Source: Elusimicrobiota bacterium
GTDB taxonomy: Bacteria; Elusimicrobiota; Elusimicrobia; 2-01-FULL-59-12
Assembly: GCA_041660185.1 (NCBI GenBank)
Contig: JBAZWU010000001.1
Coordinates: 338,313-402,312 of the forward strand
Reading direction: 5' to 3'
DNA length: 64,000 bases
Every line of letters starts with the position of its first letter. Position 1 is the stretch's first letter. Below are positions 1-8,124 of the stretch, in pieces. Made by a program: the position numbers and the translations under genes. The notes beneath the pieces are model-generated. The model did no database searches. It was not told where the DNA came from and saw only the letters and a list, made by a program, of their open reading frames with translations.

Positions 1-295
1 TCTGCTTTTTGGGAACGAGCCGACCGGAGCTCGTTTTTGCTGGGTCCATGCGTGATTCGCCGTTTTCGATAATTGGGAAAGGCCAAGGGGAACTATTTCG
101 GGATGGACATCGGAGGCCTTTTCTTTGGCCTGGTGGTCGGAAGACAGACGCAGCCGGTGAAGCCGCATCCCATGCAACAGTAAACCTTATCTCCGATCCG
201 GAATCCTTTGGACGAGGACCAACGACTTTTTTTTAAACGGCAGTTTGGGCAGTTACTCATGACTCATTCTAGCATTTCCCTCGGTGTTTTGAGGG

Positions 296-1294
296 TTAAA
301 GATTTATTTTATGGAGTTTAATGCCGGCTTCGCGCAGGAGAGCTTTGGCCTGAGTGGCGAGCGGGTAATCCTGATTGTAGATGACTTCCACAATCCCGCC
401 GTTAATGATCATCTTGGTGCACTGCAGGCAGGGTGAGAACGTCGTGTAGAGGCTCGATCCTTTGATTGCGATGCCGTGATAGGCGGCCTGGACGATGGCG
501 TTTTCTTCGCCGTGGGAGCAGACGCACTCGCTTAAGCTCTGTCCGGAAGGCCCGATGGTGTTACAGCGCGGACAGCCCCCCTCAAAGCAGTTCTTCGTGT
601 TACGAGGCGTCCCATTATATCCCGTCGATATAATACGGCCGTCTTTTACGATGACCGCGGCCACTTTACGCTTTAGGCAGTTGGAGCGGGTGGCCACGTT
701 CTGGGCGATGTTCATGAAATAAGAATCCCAGCCTGGACGTTTCATCTGTTTCAAAGCAACGCGAAGGAGCGTTGTGGTACGCTCGTGGAGTTGGTCCAGA
801 GTTCCATTGTTGGGAAGGGTGGCATCCGCCAGTTTTGCGCAGGCCTCCAGTGATTGTTTGTTCGGATCGGTGTTATGGGCCTCGCGCCTTTCGACGATCT
901 TAAACGCCGCCAACGTTTGAGGATCGTTCTCCCGGGCGCGCGCTTTGATGCGTTCGAAACGCGCTTCAGGAGAGGCGGTAATGGCCCATAGCCTGAAGTC
1001 CGGACGCCGGCGGAAGGCTTCCACTTCCCCTGGGTTGCGGAAAGAATCGATCACATAGTTTTGATTTTCGCCGAGGGTTTTCAGGATCCGTTCCGCGAGG
1101 ATGGAAGGCCCGTATTTCAGGCGCAGCTCGTTGCCCACCCGCGTGAGGTGATCCCGGGTCGGCGTCATCTTGCGGCGCTGGAGTTCTTTTCGGAGAATGT
1201 CCGACAGCGAGGCGAACTGGAACCCGCGCTCCTGCAGGAACTTCGCGACTTCCCCTTTACCCGATGCGTTTTTCCCTGTCAGACCTATGATCAT
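296..1294 (-). CDS. P-loop nucleotide kinase fused to dCMP/dCTP-type zinc cytidine deaminase (332 aa)
   Basis: N-terminal Walker A GLTGKNASGKG in a CoaE/CMP-kinase-like fold. C-terminal ComEB-type deaminase with WDSYFM, CFEGGCPRC, HGEENAI and SPCLQC zinc motifs. Its start overlaps the pheT stop by 4 nt (ATGA). Confidence 0.8.
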   Translation of the reverse strand: MIIGLTGKNASGKGEVAKFLQERGFQFASLSDILRKELQRRKMTPTRDHLTRVGNELRLKYGPSILAERILKTLGENQNYVIDSFRNPGEVEAFRRRPDFRLWAITASPEARFERIKARARENDPQTLAAFKIVERREAHNTDPNKQSLEACAKLADATLPNNGTLDQLHERTTTLLRVALKQMKRPGWDSYFMNIAQNVATRSNCLKRKVAAVIVKDGRIISTGYNGTPRNTKNCFEGGCPRCNTIGPSGQSLSECVCSHGEENAIVQAAYHGIAIKGSSLYTTFSPCLQCTKMIINGGIVEVIYNQDYPLATQAKALLREAGIKLHKINL

Positions 1295-3681
1295 TTTCTT
1301 AATACCGCCTCACATTTTTTCTCGAGGTCTGTGATGATCTTCTGCATGACTTTCTCCACGTCCGCGTCGTCCAGAGTCCGGTCGCGGTGCCGGAAGAGAA
1401 GCGAAACCGTCAGGGACCGGCGGTCTTTTCCGATTTTTTCTCCCTGGAAGAGATCGATCAGCGAGACGGATTCCAGAAGGACGCCGCCGGAGGTGCGCAG
1501 CGTCTGGGCGATTTTTTCGTAGGGGACGGAAAGCGGGGAGGTGACCGAGAGATCGCGATACACCGCCGGGAACGGGTTCAGCGGTTTGTAGGTGACGGTG
1601 GCTGGAAGGATCTGTCGGAGCGCGGCCAGGTCCAGCTCCGCGGCCACGAGCGTGTTTTCCGTATCCAACTCCTGCACAAGTTCCGGATGCAGCTCACCGA
1701 ACCAGCCGATGACGGTGCTGCCGGAGACGATCATGGAAGAACGCCGGGGATGAAATGACGCGATTCGGCAGGGGGTGATCTGAATCGGCGGCAGGTGCAG
1801 CGCGTTCTGCAGGGACGTGAGGAACCCGGTGAGATCAAAATAATCCGCGGACCGCTTTTTCCCGCGCCAATGGTGGCTCACGATTTCCCCGCCCAGGACG
1901 ATGCCGAGCCGGCGCTGTTCATGGAGACCGTCATGGTCCTTGTAAAAAATGCGTCCAATCTCAAAAAGCGAAACGCCGGGCATCTGATGGTGAAAATTGA
2001 GAACCGCATTCTGCAGAATGGCTGGCAGAAGGCAGGTTCGCAGCACCGCCTGCTCCTGAGAGAGCGGATTGGCCAGCCCTACCGGTTGAGCGTCCGGGGA
2101 TTGTCCAAGCCCGGGGATAAAGGGGAACGCCTGTTTCTGGCTCAAAAACGTATAGTTGACCACTTCGTTCAGCCCGAAGCCGGACAGAAGCTTGGAGATC
2201 CGCTGTTCAAAAGACCACCACGGATCTTCGGGAACGCCGGTGATGCGAATAGCCGGCGCGCGCGCCGGAATATTGTCGTAGCCATGCAGCCGGGTCAATT
2301 CTTCCATGAGATCGGCTTCCGTGGTGATGTCCAGCCGCCAGGATGGAGCATTCACATGGAGTTGACCGGTGCCCATGTTGATCTCGCAGCCGAGGCGCCG
2401 CAGAAGCGCGGCCGCCGTCGCTTCTTTGAATTCGATTCCGAGAAATTGACGGATGCGCTCGATGCGAAGCTTGATGGTTGGCTGAATCGGCGGTTGTGCC
2501 GAGATTTCCAGAGGCTTAAACCCAAGACCCCCGGCCAGTTCCTGAATCAGCTGGGCGGCACGCCGTGAGGCAAAAGCCACCATGTTCCAGTCGGTTCCCC
2601 GTTCGAAACGGTAAGAGCTTTCGGAGCTGACCCCCAGGGTTTTGCTGGCCTGCCGGACCGCCGGCGCATAAAAAGCGGCGCTCTCCAGAATCACTTCTCG
2701 CGTTCCCGCGTCGATGGCAGAAGCTTCCCCGCCCATTACCCCGGCCAGAGCCGCCGGAGAGGACTCATCCGCGATCACCAACAAGCCTTCCTGCAGTTCA
2801 ACGGTCTGGCCGTCCAGGAGCAGCATTTTTTCCCCGGCTTTAGCGCGGCGGATCTGGATGTGACGGCCTTTCAGTTTTGCGGCGTCGAACGCATGAAGCG
2901 GTTGTCCCAGTTCGAGCATGACGTAATTCGTGGTATCGACGATATTGTTGATGGACCGGAACCCGCAGCGCGTGAGGCGCTGAATCATCCATTCGGGAGA
3001 GGCCCCGACCTGGATGTCCCGGATGGCGCGGGCGATATACCTTGGGCATAAATCCCGGGCGTCGTTGGACAGCGTAACCGAGTTGGCGATATCCAGCTCT
3101 CGCACCCGGGGTTCCGGCATTTTGAGTGGGAGGGAGAAAGCGGCCGCCAGTTCGCGGGCAACGCCGAGAATACTGAGCGCATCGCGCCGGTTTGGGGTCA
3201 CCTCAATTTCAATCAGAGTGTCGTCCAGCCCCAGAATCGGGCGGATGTCCGCTCCTAAAGGGAGGACCGGATCCAGTTCCAGAATTCCCTCAGATTTTTC
3301 TTCAAGACCCAGCTCTGCGCGTGAACAGATCATTCCCTGGGATTCCACGCCACGGAGCTTGGCGGCTTTGATCTGAAGTCCATTGGGCAGCACCGCGCCG
3401 ATGCGCGCTAGCGGAACGCGTTGACCCTCTTTCACATTGGGGGCGCCGCAGACCACCGAAAACTCATGTTGGCCGTCAAAGACCTTGCACAGCGACAAAC
3501 GATCCGCGTTGGGATGTTTCCCCACCTCGCGGACTTCCGCTGTGACGACGCCTTCCAGCGGGCCTCCAAAGGTTTGGACCGAAGCGACTTCAAACCCAAG
3601 ACGGGCCAGCGTATCCGCTGTTTCCTGAGGAGAAATCTCCAGCGGGACAAATTCTTTAAGCCAGTTGTAGAGCAGTTTCAT
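1291..3681 (-). CDS. pheT: phenylalanine--tRNA ligase beta subunit
   Basis: 796 aa. N-terminus MKLLYNWLKEF, tRNA-binding, B3/B4 and B5 regions typical of PheT. Lies immediately downstream of pheS. Confidence 0.95.
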   Translation of the reverse strand: MKLLYNWLKEFVPLEISPQETADTLARLGFEVASVQTFGGPLEGVVTAEVREVGKHPNADRLSLCKVFDGQHEFSVVCGAPNVKEGQRVPLARIGAVLPNGLQIKAAKLRGVESQGMICSRAELGLEEKSEGILELDPVLPLGADIRPILGLDDTLIEIEVTPNRRDALSILGVARELAAAFSLPLKMPEPRVRELDIANSVTLSNDARDLCPRYIARAIRDIQVGASPEWMIQRLTRCGFRSINNIVDTTNYVMLELGQPLHAFDAAKLKGRHIQIRRAKAGEKMLLLDGQTVELQEGLLVIADESSPAALAGVMGGEASAIDAGTREVILESAAFYAPAVRQASKTLGVSSESSYRFERGTDWNMVAFASRRAAQLIQELAGGLGFKPLEISAQPPIQPTIKLRIERIRQFLGIEFKEATAAALLRRLGCEINMGTGQLHVNAPSWRLDITTEADLMEELTRLHGYDNIPARAPAIRITGVPEDPWWSFEQRISKLLSGFGLNEVVNYTFLSQKQAFPFIPGLGQSPDAQPVGLANPLSQEQAVLRTCLLPAILQNAVLNFHHQMPGVSLFEIGRIFYKDHDGLHEQRRLGIVLGGEIVSHHWRGKKRSADYFDLTGFLTSLQNALHLPPIQITPCRIASFHPRRSSMIVSGSTVIGWFGELHPELVQELDTENTLVAAELDLAALRQILPATVTYKPLNPFPAVYRDLSVTSPLSVPYEKIAQTLRTSGGVLLESVSLIDLFQGEKIGKDRRSLTVSLLFRHRDRTLDDADVEKVMQKIITDLEKKCEAVLRK

Positions 3682-3684
3682 CGT

Positions 3685-4761
3685 TTAAAATTGCCGCAGG
3701 AATCGCAGGTCATTTTCATAAAAAAGCCGCATGTCATCAACGCTGTATTTCAGCATGGCCAGGCGTTCGACGCCCATCCCGAAGGCGAATCCGGAGTATT
3801 TCTCCGGATCAATTTTAACGCCATGCAGCACATAGGGATTCACCATGCCGGAGCCCAGCAGTTCCAGCCACCCGGTATTTTTGCAGACCCGGCAACCGGT
3901 TCCCCCGCAGAAACACGAGACATCCATTTGTGCTGAAGGTTCTGTGAACGGGAAAAAGGTGGGCAAAAAACGAGTTTTCGTGCTCGGTCCGAAGAAAGCC
4001 TGTGCAAAATGCGAAAGGGTTCCCTTTAAATCAGCGAATGAAATCCCTTCATCCACCAGAAGCCCTTCGATCTGGTGAAAAACCGCCGAATGCGACGCAT
4101 CCACCGCTTCGTGGCGGTAGACGCGGCCTGGGGCGATGATCGCGATGGGCGGCGGATATTTCTCCATGACGCGGACCTGTACGGGAGAGGTGTGGGTCCG
4201 GAGTAAAACCGGTTCGTGACGGGCCTGTCCGTCCTGTAAATCTGGCAGCGGCAGCTGCCGGCGGCTCATCTGCAGATAAAACGTGTCTTGCATGTCGCGT
4301 GCGGGATGGTTGTCGGGAATGTTCAGGGCCTCGAAATTGTAGTATTCACTTTCGATCTCCGGCCCGTCGGTGGTGACAAACCCCAGCGAACGGAAAATGC
4401 CGACGAGTTCGCCCATGACCTGGTCGAGCGGATGCAGATGCCCGAGCGGGTAAGGCGTTCCCGGCAGCGTGGTATCCAGAAGGTCCTGTTCGAGAGTCCG
4501 GGAGCGTTCGGATTTTTTTAGTGCTCGTTCAGCGTCGGTTAGAGAGGTTTCAAAGGCCGCTTTCAGGCTGTTATAAAGGGGTCCATAGTTCTTCCGTTCT
4601 TCCAGGGTCATTCCCGGAAGCTGCTTCAGGAGGGTTGTCAGGTGTCCTTTCCGGCCCAGCCAGGCTACCTTAACAGCTTCCAGTGCCTCCAGAGTTTTTG
4701 TTTTCTCCAGTTGGGATTGGAATTCAGAACGCAGTGTTTCGAGATCGGGAAGAGAGCTCAT
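3685..4761 (-). CDS. pheS: phenylalanine--tRNA ligase alpha subunit
   Basis: 358 aa. Class II aaRS motifs (FRPSYFPFTEPSAQMDV, GMGVERLAMLKY). Confidence 0.95.
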   Translation of the reverse strand: MSSLPDLETLRSEFQSQLEKTKTLEALEAVKVAWLGRKGHLTTLLKQLPGMTLEERKNYGPLYNSLKAAFETSLTDAERALKKSERSRTLEQDLLDTTLPGTPYPLGHLHPLDQVMGELVGIFRSLGFVTTDGPEIESEYYNFEALNIPDNHPARDMQDTFYLQMSRRQLPLPDLQDGQARHEPVLLRTHTSPVQVRVMEKYPPPIAIIAPGRVYRHEAVDASHSAVFHQIEGLLVDEGISFADLKGTLSHFAQAFFGPSTKTRFLPTFFPFTEPSAQMDVSCFCGGTGCRVCKNTGWLELLGSGMVNPYVLHGVKIDPEKYSGFAFGMGVERLAMLKYSVDDMRLFYENDLRFLRQF

Positions 4762-4776
4762 GAGTGCGTATTTTAG

Positions 4777-4817
4777 AATAAAAAAGGCTCTGAGCCGAAG
4801 TCCGCCGAATCAGAGCC
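4777..4817 (-). terminator. intrinsic terminator/attenuator-like hairpin between rplT and pheS
   Basis: In minus sense: GGCTCTGA(16-nt loop)TCAGAGCC followed by a UUUUUUAUU tract, about 20 nt upstream of the pheS ATG. Confidence 0.6.
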
Positions 4818-4830
4818 TTTAAACATTTTC

Positions 4831-4912
4831 GTCATTCCCCGCGGTCGTAAGCGGGGAATCCAGTCATAAGCTTTGCCGCTTGGATCCCCCGCCAGAACCT
4901 GCGGGGGATGAC
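4831..4912. repeat. bipartite GC-rich palindromic intergenic repeat, copy 1
   Basis: GTCATTCCCCGCGG..CCGCGGGGAATC hairpin plus GGATCCCCCGC..GCGGGGGATGAC hairpin. Same family recurs at 26465, 30560 and 31967. Confidence 0.6.
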
Positions 4913-4932
4913 ATCTTTAAAAGAGTGCTGGC

Positions 4933-5292
4933 TTAAGTGCCGGCGGCCGCCTTCGCTGTTTCGGCCAGTTCCTTGAAAGCGCTCTGGTCCACAACCGCCA
5001 ACTCCGCCAACATCTTGCGGTCTAACACCACGCCAGCCTTCTTTAAGCCGTAAATCAGCTGGCTATAGGAGAGGTTGTGCATCCGGGCGGCGGCGTTAAT
5101 CCGCTGAATCCATAGGGCGCGGAACTCGCTTTTGCGGTCTTTCCGACCCACGTAGGAGTAGCGAAGAGAGCGCTCCACCTGCTGAATAACCTGCCGCCAC
5201 CGGCTGCGTTTCGAGGCGTACGAGCCTTTGGCGATTCGAAAGATCTTCTTTTTGCGCTGACGCGTCGTTTTTCCGCTTTTTACACGAGCCAT
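4933..5292 (-). CDS. rplT: 50S ribosomal protein L20
   Basis: 119 aa. MARVKSGKTTRQRKKKIF...VLDRKMLAELAV is a canonical L20 sequence. Confidence 0.95.
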   Translation of the reverse strand: MARVKSGKTTRQRKKKIFRIAKGSYASKRSRWRQVIQQVERSLRYSYVGRKDRKSEFRALWIQRINAAARMHNLSYSQLIYGLKKAGVVLDRKMLAELAVVDQSAFKELAETAKAAAGT

Positions 5293-5317
5293 GAATTAAT
5301 CCTGTTCTTAAGAAATA

Positions 5318-5515
5318 TCAATTATAAGGGAGGAGCGCCTTAATCGTTTTTCCATCGACCTTGTTGAGGTAGTGCGCCTTTCGCAGATGGCGTCCGCGAT
5401 TGGCGGACATGCCGATCAATAGGTGGCGCAGGCCTGGTTTTTTGTGCTTGACCTTGCCGTGCGCCGTGATGTGAAACCGTTTTCCTGCTCCGCGATGTGA
5501 TTTTATCTTTGGCAT
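5318..5515 (-). CDS. rpmI: 50S ribosomal protein L35
   Basis: MPKIKSHRGAGKRFHITAHGKVKHKK. The ORF was trimmed from the track's upstream-extended start to the internal Met. Confidence 0.9.
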   Translation of the reverse strand: MPKIKSHRGAGKRFHITAHGKVKHKKPGLRHLLIGMSANRGRHLRKAHYLNKVDGKTIKALLPYN

Positions 5516-5528
5516 ATGTTCTCTCTCG

Positions 5529-6077
5529 TCATTTTTTCGGGGCAAACAGAAGGCTTTTGCGGTTGCCATCCATTCGACCGTCCTGCTCTAAAACCGCGAC
5601 ATCCTGAATTCGTTCCTTCACGCGCTCGATCAGCGGGTTGGCTAGATCGGTATGCTCCATTTCGCGTCCGCGGAAGACAAAGGTCAAACGCACTTTGTCG
5701 TGTTCCTCCAGAAACTCACGCATATGATTGATCTTGATGTCCAGATCATGAAAACCAATCTTCGGCCGGATGCGGAGCTCTTTAACCTGTCCGCCTTTCT
5801 GCTTCTTGCGCGCTTCTTTCAATTTCTTTTCCCGCTCGTAGCGGAACTTGGAGAAATCAGTCAATTTGCAGACAGGAGGATTGTTCAGTGCCGCGATTTC
5901 GACGAGGTCCAGACCGCGATTCAGGGCGAGCTGCAACGCTTCTTCGAGAGATCGGATGCCTAACTGTGTGCCGTCAACATCAATAAGCCGTATGTCCCGT
6001 GCCCGTATCTGATGGTTGATGCGTGGTTCTTGCGTCTTATTTATAAGCTTGCGACCTCCTGTTTGAAATGACGGCAA
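5529..6077 (-). CDS. infC: translation initiation factor IF-3
   Basis: IRARDIRLIDVDGTQLGIRSLEEALQLA...ELRIRPKIGFHDLDIKI is a canonical IF3. The true start is uncertain (IF3 commonly uses a non-ATG start). Confidence 0.9.
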   Translation of the reverse strand: MPSFQTGGRKLINKTQEPRINHQIRARDIRLIDVDGTQLGIRSLEEALQLALNRGLDLVEIAALNNPPVCKLTDFSKFRYEREKKLKEARKKQKGGQVKELRIRPKIGFHDLDIKINHMREFLEEHDKVRLTFVFRGREMEHTDLANPLIERVKERIQDVAVLEQDGRMDGNRKSLLFAPKK

Positions 6078-6115
6078 AAACGAACCGAAATCTTAATAAA
6101 TCGACGGTCAGGGTG

Positions 6116-7855
6116 TCAAATAACGCGCTTTTTGATTTCCTGCTCCAGGCCTTCGATAAAGGTGGCCACAGGTTGAGCCCCGAGGTTCTCTCCGGTGCGT
6201 TTGCGGACGGCGACCGAGTTGTCCAGTTGTTCCTGGTCTCCCACCACCAGCAGATAAGGAATCTTGTCCAGAGTGGCCTCGCGAATTTTAGCCCCGATCT
6301 TGTCGCTGCGGCAGTCCATTCCCACACGATAACCGCGCTGGCGGAGTTCGGCCGCGATTTTGGCGGCATAGGTGTTTTGGCGATCGGTGATGGTCAGTAC
6401 TTTCGCCTGGACGGGCGCTAGCCAGGCCGGGAAGGCTCCGGCGTACTGCTCAATCAGAATACCGATAAACCGTTCCAGAGAGCCCAGAAGCGCCCGGTGG
6501 ACCATGATGGCGCGCTGGTCCTTGCCGGTGTCGTCCCGGTAGGTTACATCGAATTGTTCTGGAAGATTAAAGTCCACCTGAACGGTGGAGCATTGCCAGT
6601 AGCGGCCCAAACAGTCTTTGATCTTGAGATCGATCTTCGGCCCATAAAAAGCGCCTCCGCCAGCATCGACGTCGAATGTCAGGCCTTTTTTCGTAATCGC
6701 GTCCCGCAGGGCTTTTTCCGAGCGTTCCCAATTCTCCGGAGTTCCGACAAACTTCTCGGGGCGGGTGGACAACGAAACAGCATAGTCCTTGAATCCAAAC
6801 GTCTTGAGAATCTCCAGGGTCATGTCGATGATCGAGATGACTTCGCTTTCAATCAGGTCCGGGCGGCAGAAAATATGCGCGTCGTCCTGCGTAAAGCCGC
6901 GCACCCGCAGGAGCCCGTGCATGACGCCGCTGCGCTCGTAGCGGTAAACCGTGCCGAACTCCGTCAACCGGATGGGAAGCTCCCGATAGGAGTGGAGTGA
7001 ATTTTTGTAGATCTGGATGTGGCCGGGGCAGTTCATGGGTTTGAGCAGATATTCCTGGTTGTCAATCACCATGGGACTGAACATGTATTCGCGATAGAAG
7101 TTCCAGTGTCCGGACGTTTTCCAAAGTTCGAGGCGCGCCACGTGCGGGGTAATCACAAATTCGTAGGCGTTCTTTTCGAGCAACTCCCTCAGATACTCCT
7201 CAACCATCCGGCGCAGCACGGCTCCCTTCGGCAGCCAGAAGATCAGCCCCGGGCCGATCGTTTCGGGGAGGATGGAGAAAAGCCCCAGGCGGGGTCCCAG
7301 CTCGCGATGATCCCGTTTCTTGGATTCTTCCAGGCGGGTCAGGTAGCCGTCCAGTTCCGCCTGAGTCGTCCAGACCGTTCCATAAATACGCTGAAGCTGT
7401 TCGCGTTTTTCATCCCCCCGCCAGTAGGCACCGGCCACGCGGAGCAGTTTGAAATAACGGATCTCTTCAGTGGTTTCGATGTGACCACCCCGGCAGAGAT
7501 CCACAAAGGTGTCATGCAGACAATAGGTGACCGTTGGGGTGTTGAGGTCGTCGATCATCTCCACTTTAAACTTTTCCCCCCGGTGCCCCCAGAACTGGCG
7601 CGCCTCATCGCTCGAATGCGTGCTCATCGTGAAGCGGTGGTTCCCTTTCACGATTTCAGTCATCCGTTTTTCGATGGCAGGCAGATCCTCCGGGACAAAG
7701 CGGTGGTTGCTTTCAAAATCGTAGTAGAAGCCGTCCTCGATCGTCGGTCCGATGGTCAACAGGGTGTTCGGGAAAAGATCCTGCACCGCCTGCGCCATCA
7801 CATGCGCGGTCGAGTGCCGGAGATTGTTCAGGTATTCTTCGGAGGTTGTATTCAC
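6116..7855 (-). CDS. thrS: threonine--tRNA ligase
   Basis: 579 aa. HSTAHVMAQA editing-domain motif, class II core and a C-terminal anticodon-binding domain. Conserved thrS-infC-rpmI-rplT-pheST order. Confidence 0.95.
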   Translation of the reverse strand: MNTTSEEYLNNLRHSTAHVMAQAVQDLFPNTLLTIGPTIEDGFYYDFESNHRFVPEDLPAIEKRMTEIVKGNHRFTMSTHSSDEARQFWGHRGEKFKVEMIDDLNTPTVTYCLHDTFVDLCRGGHIETTEEIRYFKLLRVAGAYWRGDEKREQLQRIYGTVWTTQAELDGYLTRLEESKKRDHRELGPRLGLFSILPETIGPGLIFWLPKGAVLRRMVEEYLRELLEKNAYEFVITPHVARLELWKTSGHWNFYREYMFSPMVIDNQEYLLKPMNCPGHIQIYKNSLHSYRELPIRLTEFGTVYRYERSGVMHGLLRVRGFTQDDAHIFCRPDLIESEVISIIDMTLEILKTFGFKDYAVSLSTRPEKFVGTPENWERSEKALRDAITKKGLTFDVDAGGGAFYGPKIDLKIKDCLGRYWQCSTVQVDFNLPEQFDVTYRDDTGKDQRAIMVHRALLGSLERFIGILIEQYAGAFPAWLAPVQAKVLTITDRQNTYAAKIAAELRQRGYRVGMDCRSDKIGAKIREATLDKIPYLLVVGDQEQLDNSVAVRKRTGENLGAQPVATFIEGLEQEIKKRVI

Positions 7856-7875
7856 AATAGCCTATTAAAACAAAA

Positions 7876-7952
7876 TGGTGCCCGGTGAGGGACTCGAACC
7901 CACGACCCCCTCCATGTCAAGGAGGTACTCTAACCAACTGAGCTAACCGGGC
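7876..7952 (-). tRNA. tRNA-Val (anticodon GAC)
   Basis: Reverse complement GCCCGGTTAGCTCAGTTGGTTAGAGTACCTCCTTGACATGGAGG...GGTTCGAGTCCCTCACCGGGCACCA folds as a cloverleaf with CCA encoded. About 20 nt upstream of thrS. Confidence 0.85.
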
Positions 7953-8124
7953 AGAAATCCAGACGTATTCTAATGTTTTAGAAGGGTTATGACAAATTAG
8001 GCGGGTATAGAAATGAGAGCAGCGGCAAGCTCAGAAGCCTTTTGTTGTTCTTTTAAATTGGCCTGTGAGCACTCCAAGGACCATCATTGCAGAACCAACC
8101 GTCTGACATAAACTATGTCACTAA

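Noticed and set aside
100-190. GGTC-GGAA-GAC...GCAGCC segment loosely resembling SRP (4.5S) RNA domain IV
   Set aside because: The helix-8 consensus (GGAAGCAGCC, symmetric loop) is not matched closely and no complementary 5'/3' closing stem is evident. Probably chance similarity in the region 3' of the deaminase gene.
9-236. 75-aa + strand ORF at the window start
   Set aside because: No recognisable motif. Likely a spurious ORF in GC-rich intergenic/3' sequence.
296-1294. Annotating the kinase-deaminase simply as comEB (dCMP deaminase)
   Set aside because: The N-terminal 185-aa P-loop kinase domain makes it a distinct fusion architecture, so it is kept as a separate call with both interpretations stated.
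1795-2568. Long antisense ORFs overlapping pheT, thrS (7019-7888), gap (18705-19724), GHL (14918-15628) and metK (32201-33316)
   Set aside because: Typical shadow ORFs on the opposite strand of well-supported genes in high-GC DNA, with no motifs of their own.
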